A DNA stretch of 64,000 nucleotides, from assembly GCA_965215615.1 (NCBI GenBank), contig OZ244068.1, positions 1,568,850 through 1,632,849 on the forward strand, written 5' to 3'. The notes below the pieces were generated by a model. The model was not told the origin of the DNA and ran no database searches. It was given only the letters and a program-made list of their open reading frames with translations. This DNA comes from Vicinamibacteria bacterium (GTDB lineage: Bacteria; Acidobacteriota; Vicinamibacteria; Marinacidobacterales; Marinacidobacteraceae). Below, in pieces: positions 58,220 through 64,000 of the stretch (the first letter of the stretch is position 1; each line of letters opens with the position of its first letter). The translations under genes were made by a program, and so were the position numbers.

Positions 58220-58511
58220 TTGACCATGGCTCGGCTCGATTTGACCATGGCAAACCCGGAATGACCATGGTTCGCCGGATGCCGCGCACTCTTCGGCTCA
58301 GCAACCGGCCCCGGTCCCGAAAACCGGCTGGTTTTGCGCCCTCGCGTGGCCGAATCACTGGTTTTCGGTGGCGAACCAGTGGTTCTGGCGCAAATCACCG
58401 GAAAGATTGCTTTGCGGTCGAATTCGCGATTTGACCATGGTTTTCGGGCCCAATTGGCGGTTTGACCATGGTTTTCGGGCAGTTTGACCATGGTTCCCGG
58501 TTTGACCATGG
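58220..58511. repeat. iteron-like array: seven direct copies of (T)TGACCATGG in two clusters around an inverted repeat
   Basis: Copies start at 58220, 58241, 58261 (ATGACCATGG), 58431, 58462, 58484 and 58502. There are two identical 20-mers TTTGACCATGGTTTTCGGGC (58430-58449, 58461-58480). The central inverted repeat is CACTGGTT-N10-AACCAGTG (58356-58381). GGTTTTCGG-like words recur. Confidence 0.85.
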
Positions 58512-58513
58512 CT

Positions 58514-59197
58514 TCAGGAACGGGCGGTGCGATACGCCTGCTGCGGATGACTCGTCTGTTCGGGATGGCGCAGTTCGAGCTGCCCCGCCTTGAGCATCGG
58601 CCGGAGGTGGCGACGCTGCAGGTTGCTCGTGTCCATGCGGAACCAGTCGGCGAGCTCGCCCACCGTGGTCCATTCCCGCATCGCGCAGATTTCGAGGATC
58701 AGCGCGCGGAGCGGCTTCTTGCGGCGGCGCTTCCCGAGGGCGCGGATGCGCTCCCGGATCGCCTGCGGGAGATCGGCCTCCGGCGGGAGCTTCCCGGGTA
58801 GGGGTTTCGGGAGCGATGCCGATTCCGGCTTGCCGCCGGCGAGCGAGGCGAGGCTCGTGCCGAGGTCGGCCACCTCCCCGGCGAAGCCTTCCGCTTCCGA
58901 ACCGGCGCGGGTGACCCCTTCGCCGATCCGACGAAGGCGCGGCCCGCCGCGATCCGGGCCCAGCCGGTCGCCGATCCGGATCGCGGCGCGGCCCACCCGG
59001 ACCGCACCCCGCGAGACGTTCTCCGCGGTTCGGCCGGCCGCCGCGAGACCGCGGGCGATCGGGCCGGCGTTCCGGTCGAAGAAGCGCCAGCCGCGCCGGA
59101 TTCCCCGGCCGAGATAGCGGAGCCAGGCCCCCACGCCACGCAGCCACGGCCGGTCAAAAAAGCGCCGGATCGCCGGGAGTCCGGGAGGCTCGGTCAC
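58514..59197 (-). CDS. protein with an Arg-rich repetitive N-terminal half and a C-terminal winged-helix of the Fic/AlbA_2-associated type
   Basis: 227 aa, GTG start, high GC3. The N-terminus has RRFFDRPW.. and WRFFDRN repeats. The C-terminus is ILEICAMREWTTVGELADWFRMDTSNLQRRHLRPMLKAGQLELRHPEQTSHPQQAYRTA (..P..P.sP.Q.Y+.t ending). Confidence 0.6.
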   Translation of the reverse strand: MTEPPGLPAIRRFFDRPWLRGVGAWLRYLGRGIRRGWRFFDRNAGPIARGLAAAGRTAENVSRGAVRVGRAAIRIGDRLGPDRGGPRLRRIGEGVTRAGSEAEGFAGEVADLGTSLASLAGGKPESASLPKPLPGKLPPEADLPQAIRERIRALGKRRRKKPLRALILEICAMREWTTVGELADWFRMDTSNLQRRHLRPMLKAGQLELRHPEQTSHPQQAYRTARS

Positions 59198-59280
59198 GGT
59201 CAGAAAACTATCAGCCCGAGACGGTGCACGCCCGTCCGTCGCGGGTTACACTCGCCCGCATGGCGAGCAACGGAGAAGTG

Positions 59281-59541
59281 ATGAACCAGCGCACCTATCT
59301 GGTGCTCATCCACGACGGTGCGGAGAAGGCCGCAGATCGCATCCGGGCGAACTACCCGAATGCCTTCCCGATGGAGCACCCCGGCACCTTCCTGATCAAG
59401 ACCGGGCAGCTCTCGGACGAGATCGCCAATACCCTCAAAATCAACGGGGACGACCGCGATCTCATGGGCGTGGTGTTCGGCCTGAAACCGGCGTATGCGG
59501 GGTTCTCCTCGCGCCGGCTCTGGGAGTGGCTCGGTGACTGA
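59281..59541 (+). CDS. 86-aa soluble protein, function unknown (first gene of a two-gene operon)
   Basis: ATG at 59281 with GGAG 6 nt upstream (the ORF track begins at 59224). High GC3. MNQRTYLVLIHDGAEKAADRIRANYPNAFPMEHPGTFLIKTGQLSDEIANTLKINGDDRDLMGVVFGLKPAYAGFSSRRLWEWLGD. Confidence 0.55.
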   Translation: MNQRTYLVLIHDGAEKAADRIRANYPNAFPMEHPGTFLIKTGQLSDEIANTLKINGDDRDLMGVVFGLKPAYAGFSSRRLWEWLGD

Positions 59542-59752
59542 TTACTCCAAAGCTCCGGGTGTTGGGCCCGTGCCGAAGGGAGCGTCGCTCGAAGTCAAGG
59601 TCGCCCGGTTGGAGACACGGGCGGAGTTCTTCGCTACCCGCGAGTGGGTCCTGACCCACTTGGCGAAACGCTGGCAGACCTGGTTGCCGATCCTGTTGTC
59701 GCTCGCGATGGTTCTGCTGTTCTTCTGGCGGGAAATCCGCGCACTCTCCTGA
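59534..59752 (+). CDS. 72-aa tail-anchored membrane protein (XhlA/holin-like architecture), function unknown
   Basis: The GTG at 59534 overlaps the upstream stop (GTGACTGA). The helical N-part (LEVKVARLETRAEFFATREWVLTHL) is followed by one TM helix (WLPILLSLAMVLLFFW). GC3 is high in this frame and low in the overlapping antisense tail of the RM gene. Confidence 0.5.
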   Translation: MTDYSKAPGVGPVPKGASLEVKVARLETRAEFFATREWVLTHLAKRWQTWLPILLSLAMVLLFFWREIRALS

Positions 59753-62507
59753 CCCGCTTCTTCTTGCGGGCGGCGGCGAGCGGGGCGCGCATCCGCTCGT
59801 AGCGGGCGAAGAGGTGTTCCACCCGCTCGCGCTCGGACGAAAACGCCTGCTTCCGGTAGAGCCGGTCCACCGCCCGGTCGAGCGCCGAGTGAGCGCGGCG
59901 CAAATCCCGTGGCATCAGGTCCGGGTCGTAGAGATCGGCGAGCGTCGAACCCGGATGGGCGGCGCGGGCATCGAGCACCGCCTGGGCGAGAGGATCGAGC
60001 GACGCGAGGTCCGGCCCCGGAGTCGGGAAGGTGTTGTACACGAGGCCGATCGAATAGCGGTAGCGGCTCTCCAGGCGGCCGCCGATGTGCCGGAGCCAGG
60101 CCATGTGCATCGCCGAGGTGAGCAGCGCGAACTCGCCGAGGCTCGCGTCTTCGAGGATGCGAACCAGGTTGCTCGGGACCACCGGCGGTTCGAGCCAGCC
60201 GATCGGGGCGTACTCGCGGCGTTCGGAACTCACCTCCGGGAGCACGAGGAACGGCGAGGTCGGTAGAGTGTTGACCTGCCAGTGTCTCGGAGTTTCGGCG
60301 AGCTTCAAGGTCGAGGCTCGACGACTGGCTTCGCGGTAGCGCCGCACCGAGGCCAGCCGCTCGCGCACCCGTGGCATCGCCCGGATTTCCGACGGCTCGG
60401 CCTCGTGGAGCGCGAGGATGAATCGCCGGCCGCCCTGGAGTAACTCGCGGGCACCGAGGTACGGCCGGAGGTACGGCCCGGCGGCGGGCTCCTCCGCGAT
60501 CAGCTCTGCCCCTTCGATCTCACCGAGGATGAGATGGCCGCCGTCGATCGGCTGGGAACCCGTTACCAGCCGGCGCATCCCGTTGATCGGCCGCGCCTCC
60601 TCGCGCACCACGAGATGCGGATCGCCGAGCCCCGAGGCATCGAAGAGATACGGCGAGAGCGCCTGGTGCCGGCTCTCGTGCGGGTCGCCTTTCGGGTCGT
60701 CATACGAGAAGAGCCGCTTCGTCGCCGGCGCGTCCTCCCGCTGCGCGAGCCCGAGGATCACCACGTGCACATGGGCCATCCCGCGGGCATCCGAACCCCA
60801 CGCGAAGGTCCGGTGGGCGAAGGCGATTTCGAGCCCGAACCTGCCGAAGAGGAGCGGCCAGAGCTGCGCCACCTGTTCGCCCTGCGTGATGGAGTTCGTC
60901 GCGACGAAGCCGATCCGCGCTCCCCCGCCCCGGATGTATTCGCCCGCCCGGAGGAACCACGCAGTCACGAAATCGAGCGTCCCGCCGGACCCGCCGAGCG
61001 CCGCGATCCGCCGCACCTGCCCGCGCTGGAGCGCCGACTGGAACTTCGCGCCCCCGAACGGCGGGTTCCCGAAGACGAACGAACACTCCTCCGGCGGCAG
61101 GAGTTCCGCCCAGTCGGTTTCGAGCGCGTCTTCGTTCCGGATCTTCGGCGAGCGGCGGAGCGGGATGCGGGCGAACGCCTGCCCGAAGCGGCGGCCGAGC
61201 TCCACGTTCATGATGTGGTCCATCATCCAGAGCGCGGTCTCGGCGATCCGCGCCGCGAACTCGCCGATCTCGATCCCGTGGAACCGGTCCACGTCGAGCC
61301 GCGAGAGCGCTCCCACGTCGAGCTGGCGGGGGACTTCACCGTAGATCTCCACCAGCACCTCGATTTCGAGCCGCCGCAGCTCCCGGTAGGCGATGATGAG
61401 GAAGTTCCCGCAGCCGCAGGCCGGGTCGAAGAAGGTCAACGCGCCGAGCTTCTCGTGGAAGGCGAGGAGCCGCGCCTCGCGCCCGCGCCTGAGCTCCCGG
61501 AGATTCGCGAACTCGGCGCGGAGGTCGTCGAGAAAGAGCGGCTCGATCACCTTCAGGATGTTCTGCTCGGTGGTGTAATGCGCCCCCGAGGCGCGGCGTT
61601 CTTTCGGGTCCATCACCGACTGGAAAAGCGAGCCGAAGATCGCCGGCGAAATCCGCGACCAGTCGAAGCGGCAGGCCCGCAGCAGTTGCCGGCGCATCGC
61701 CGAAGTGAACGCGGGAATCCGGACCTGCCCCTCGAAGAGATCGCCGTTCACGTGGGGAAAGCGGGCGAGGTCTTCGTCGAGATTCGCGAAGCGCTGACCC
61801 TCGGGCGTGTCCAGCACCTCGAAGAGCTGGGCGAGCCACGGCCCGAGGTCGCTCCCGTCCTCGCGGGTTCTCGATTCGAGAAACTCGAGGAAGATGTCGC
61901 GCGGCTCGAAGATCCCGGTATCGTCGGCGAAGAGACAGAAGACGATCCGGACGAGGAAGCGCTCCAGATCGTGGCCCCGGTAGCCCGCCTCCGCGAGGCT
62001 GTCGTGGAGCTTCCCGACGAGCTCGGCGGCTTCGATGTTCGCGGGATCCTGGTCACGGAACGTCCGCCGCCGCACCCCGAGGATGAAGCCGAACCGGTCC
62101 ACGTGGTCGGGAAGTTCGGCGAGCGCGAACGAGACCTCTTCGCGGGTATCGAGATCGTGAAGCTCGAAGGTCTGGAAGTCGCTGACCAGGATGTACTGCG
62201 GCCGCTCGGCCTCCGGGAGCGCGTCGAAGTACTCCCCCGCCTGTCCGTAAGCTGCCCCGAGATCGCGCCCGGCGCTCTTTTGCTCGACGAGCAGCACTCC
62301 CGGCCAGAAGAGGTCGATGAACCCCGAGGAGTTGTCGAGCCGCCGGACGCGCTCCTCGTAACGGGCCACCGAAGCCCGCCGCACCCCGAAGATCTCGAAG
62401 AACTCGTTGTAGAAGGTCTGGGTCTCGCCCTTTTCGTACCCCGCTTCCGCCCACCGCCGGGCGAACTCGGCCGCCCGGGGGCGGATCTCGTTCCAGGAGA
62501 GGCGCAT
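59634..62507 (-). CDS. MmeI-family type IIL restriction-modification enzyme (fused nuclease, N6-adenine methyltransferase and TRD)
   Basis: 957 aa. N-terminal PD-ExK-like FIDLFWPGVLLVEQKS. SGAHYTTEQNILKVIEPLF. DPACGCGNFLI (motif I). VFGNPPFGG (NPPF motif IV). A long C-terminal TRD follows. The last about 45 codons have low GC3 and overlap the convergent small gene. Confidence 0.88.
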   Translation of the reverse strand: MRLSWNEIRPRAAEFARRWAEAGYEKGETQTFYNEFFEIFGVRRASVARYEERVRRLDNSSGFIDLFWPGVLLVEQKSAGRDLGAAYGQAGEYFDALPEAERPQYILVSDFQTFELHDLDTREEVSFALAELPDHVDRFGFILGVRRRTFRDQDPANIEAAELVGKLHDSLAEAGYRGHDLERFLVRIVFCLFADDTGIFEPRDIFLEFLESRTREDGSDLGPWLAQLFEVLDTPEGQRFANLDEDLARFPHVNGDLFEGQVRIPAFTSAMRRQLLRACRFDWSRISPAIFGSLFQSVMDPKERRASGAHYTTEQNILKVIEPLFLDDLRAEFANLRELRRGREARLLAFHEKLGALTFFDPACGCGNFLIIAYRELRRLEIEVLVEIYGEVPRQLDVGALSRLDVDRFHGIEIGEFAARIAETALWMMDHIMNVELGRRFGQAFARIPLRRSPKIRNEDALETDWAELLPPEECSFVFGNPPFGGAKFQSALQRGQVRRIAALGGSGGTLDFVTAWFLRAGEYIRGGGARIGFVATNSITQGEQVAQLWPLLFGRFGLEIAFAHRTFAWGSDARGMAHVHVVILGLAQREDAPATKRLFSYDDPKGDPHESRHQALSPYLFDASGLGDPHLVVREEARPINGMRRLVTGSQPIDGGHLILGEIEGAELIAEEPAAGPYLRPYLGARELLQGGRRFILALHEAEPSEIRAMPRVRERLASVRRYREASRRASTLKLAETPRHWQVNTLPTSPFLVLPEVSSERREYAPIGWLEPPVVPSNLVRILEDASLGEFALLTSAMHMAWLRHIGGRLESRYRYSIGLVYNTFPTPGPDLASLDPLAQAVLDARAAHPGSTLADLYDPDLMPRDLRRAHSALDRAVDRLYRKQAFSSERERVEHLFARYERMRAPLAAARKKKRVRRVRGFPARRTAEPSRATTGSATRSASVSPSGSGPTRG

Positions 62508-62573
62508 CGGGAGACAATCCTACCGGTCTGTCGGGGGAACGGACGCGACCAAGGGCGTAATGTCCCGGCATCC

Positions 62574-62954
62574 GTGACCCCGCTCCCTTCCGGCCTTGGC
62601 CGCGCCGCCGCCGTCACCCTCGCATTCCTCGGGGCGACGCTCGCCGCCGGGTTCCTGCCGCACGGCACCCTGCCCGCCGTCCTGTTCAGCCTCGCGGTGG
62701 CCGCCTTCTGGATCGCCGGGACGCCGCGCCGGCTCCCGGATCTCCTTTGCGCCGCCGGGCTCGCCGCTTCGCTCGCCACCGGAGCGCTCGCCGCCACCGG
62801 AGCGCTTTTTTCCGGAACTCCGGGGGCCGGCCTCTTCGGGCTGCTGCTCGGGGTGACGGCGATTCCGCTCGTCTTCACTTCCGCGGCCTTCGCGCTCCGC
62901 TTCGATCCCCCCGATCCGGAAGCGCTCCGGCGGCTCCGCGAGGGTCGCGAATGA
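62574..62954 (+). CDS. small polytopic membrane protein upstream of the symporter
   Basis: GTG at 62574 in the last 126 codons of ORF 60534..62954. 3-4 hydrophobic segments. The stop overlaps the symporter ATG (ATGA). Confidence 0.5.
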   Translation: MTPLPSGLGRAAAVTLAFLGATLAAGFLPHGTLPAVLFSLAVAAFWIAGTPRRLPDLLCAAGLAASLATGALAATGALFSGTPGAGLFGLLLGVTAIPLVFTSAAFALRFDPPDPEALRRLREGRE

Positions 62955-64000
62955 TCCCGCTGCTGACCCTCGCGGCCACCCTGCTGATCGGAGCCTGGGC
63001 CGCCCGGAAAACGCGCGGCGCGGCCGACTTCTTCGCGGCGGGGCGGCAGCTCGGTGCGTTCCGGGCCGGGCTCGGAGCCGCCGCTTCTTCGTTCAGCGGG
63101 TTCGTCTTTCTCGGCGGAACCGGGCTCATGCACGAGGTGGGGACCGGCGCTCTCTTCCTCGTGGTCCCGATCGGGTTCACCGCGGCGCTCGTCTGCCGGA
63201 CGGTCGGGCGGCGGCTCGCGCTGATCGCCGAAGCGAGCGGCGCATACACGATCCCGGAGGCGCTCCGTTTCCGCTTCGGGAGCCGCTTCCCGGCCGGAGT
63301 CGCGGCGGTCGCCATCCTGCTCGGGAGCGTGCTCTACCTCGGGGTTCAGGCGGCGGCGCTTTCGCTCGCCATGCGCTTCGCGTTCCCCGATCTCGGGGTG
63401 GCCGCGAGCCTCGGAATCGGGCTCGCCGTCCTGCTCGCCTATTCGCTGCTCGGCGGGATGATCGCCTCGGTGAACACCGATGTCTTCCAGGGACTGCTCA
63501 TGGCGGCGGGGGCCCTTTTCGCTTTCACCTTCGTCCTCGACCATCTGGGCGGCTTCGGCGAGACGGTCGCGACCCTCGAACGCCTCGCGCCCGAACAGCT
63601 CGCTCCGACCGGTTCCTGGCCCCCCGGCACCGGGGTCGGGATGATGCTGCTCTTCGGGCTCGGCGTGTTCGGCCAGCCGCATTCGCTCCACAAGTTCCTG
63701 ATGCTGAAGAGCCCGGACGCGCTCCGCTTCCTGCCGATGGTTCTCGGCGGTGCCCATGCGCTCAGCCTGCTGGTCTGGATCGGCCTCGGACTCGGCGCGA
63801 TGGTCTTCGCCGCCGAAGGCCGGCTGGGGGAGCTCGGCCACCCGGACGAGGCAGCCTTTCTCGTTCTCGGAGCCGCCGAAGCCCCTGCCCTGCTCCTCGG
63901 CCTCGTCACCGCGGCGCTCCTCGCCGCCATCCTCTCCACCGCCGACACCTTCCTGAACCTCGGAGCGGCGGCGCTGGTCCGGGACATCCCCCGCGCCCTC
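62951..64000 (+). CDS. sodium:solute symporter (SSS) family transporter, N-terminal part (runs off the right edge)
   Basis: Not in the ORF track (no stop). ATG at 62951. My translation is MIPLLTLAATLLIGAWAARKTRGAADFFAAGRQLGAF..GGMIASVNTDVFQG..FGQPHSLHKF..LAAILSTADTFLNLGAAALVRD. It shows the typical SSS N-terminal signature and the STADS-like motif. Confidence 0.85.
   Translation, partial: MIPLLTLAATLLIGAWAARKTRGAADFFAAGRQLGAFRAGLGAAASSFSGFVFLGGTGLMHEVGTGALFLVVPIGFTAALVCRTVGRRLALIAEASGAYTIPEALRFRFGSRFPAGVAAVAILLGSVLYLGVQAAALSLAMRFAFPDLGVAASLGIGLAVLLAYSLLGGMIASVNTDVFQGLLMAAGALFAFTFVLDHLGGFGETVATLERLAPEQLAPTGSWPPGTGVGMMLLFGLGVFGQPHSLHKFLMLKSPDALRFLPMVLGGAHALSLLVWIGLGLGAMVFAAEGRLGELGHPDEAAFLVLGAAEAPALLLGLVTAALLAAILSTADTFLNLGAAALVRDIPRAL

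Noticed and set aside
58220-58511. Could the repeat array be a CRISPR?
   Set aside because: The repeats are only 10-20 bp. The spacers are 8-21 bp and irregular, and there is one 160-bp gap. There are no cas genes, so it does not fit CRISPR architecture.
57856-59147. ORFs 57856..58509 and 58395..59147 crossing the repeat array
   Set aside because: Their 'peptides' show periodic MVK / PWSN / HGQ strings that are simply translations of the TTGACCATGG repeats. They also overlap better-supported genes.
53812-62526. 8-bp inverted match CCGGTAGG at both island edges (53812-53819; complement of 62519-62526)
   Set aside because: It is too short to be significant, because a chance match within two windows of about 60 bp is not unlikely. 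There is no longer att-like direct repeat and no integrase. It is noted only as something to re-examine once true boundaries are known.
60534-62954. 806-aa plus-strand ORF and 697-aa minus-strand ORF (61748..63841)
   Set aside because: The plus-strand ORF is antisense to the MmeI-like gene and the minus-strand ORF is antisense to the symporter. Only the last 126 codons of the plus ORF (62574..62954), which lie outside the RM gene and are hydrophobic, were kept as a possible gene.

Overview
High-GC chromosomal segment from a diderm bacterium (TolC-type outer-membrane factor, lipoproteins). The taxon cannot be assigned from sequence alone. About 75 features are supportable. Most long ORFs in the track are antisense 'shadow' ORFs typical of high-GC DNA and are rejected.

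Core genes:
- Tail of a his operon (hisZ-hisG-hisD-hisC, start/stop overlaps) and a ThiF/MoeB-like E1.
- A secreted S55-like peptidase plus beta-propeller protein pair.
- A VKOR-DsbA fusion, an M50/CBS protease and a ferredoxin.
- A nuo cluster with only nuoA-B-C-D-H-I-J-K-N.
- rmuC, a cusCBA-type metal efflux operon and maeB.
- S9 and prolyl peptidases, NamZ-like and PhoX-like genes.
- groES-groEL with a clean terminator.
- A sodium:solute symporter running off the right edge.

Accessory content:
1. An accessory island (about 53.8-62.5 kb) lies between the groEL terminator and the symporter operon. It carries an orphan SPPY DNA methyltransferase, a decayed groEL-like fragment, an AlbA_2/HATPase-type protein, an orphan PIN protein and a small secreted protein. 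It also carries an array of seven TTGACCATGG iteron-like repeats, a winged-helix protein, a two-gene small operon (soluble protein plus tail-anchored membrane protein) and an MmeI-like type IIL restriction-modification enzyme.
2. A 179-bp MITE with about 23-bp terminal inverted repeats and 4-bp flanking duplications is present in two about 96% identical copies. One copy splits an ABC-ATPase/DUF4435-like (PARIS-like fused) gene in frame. The other splits a decayed Phd-type antitoxin.
3. An AbiEii-type nucleotidyltransferase is followed, not preceded, by an uncharacterised protein with a C-terminal HTH.
4. Between 33.5 and 47 kb there are five intact VapBC-type modules plus several orphan or decayed toxin-antitoxin pieces.
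5. A solo HEPN-like (Rx4H) protein is tightly coupled to a prolyl endopeptidase.

No rRNA, tRNA or CRISPR array was recognised.
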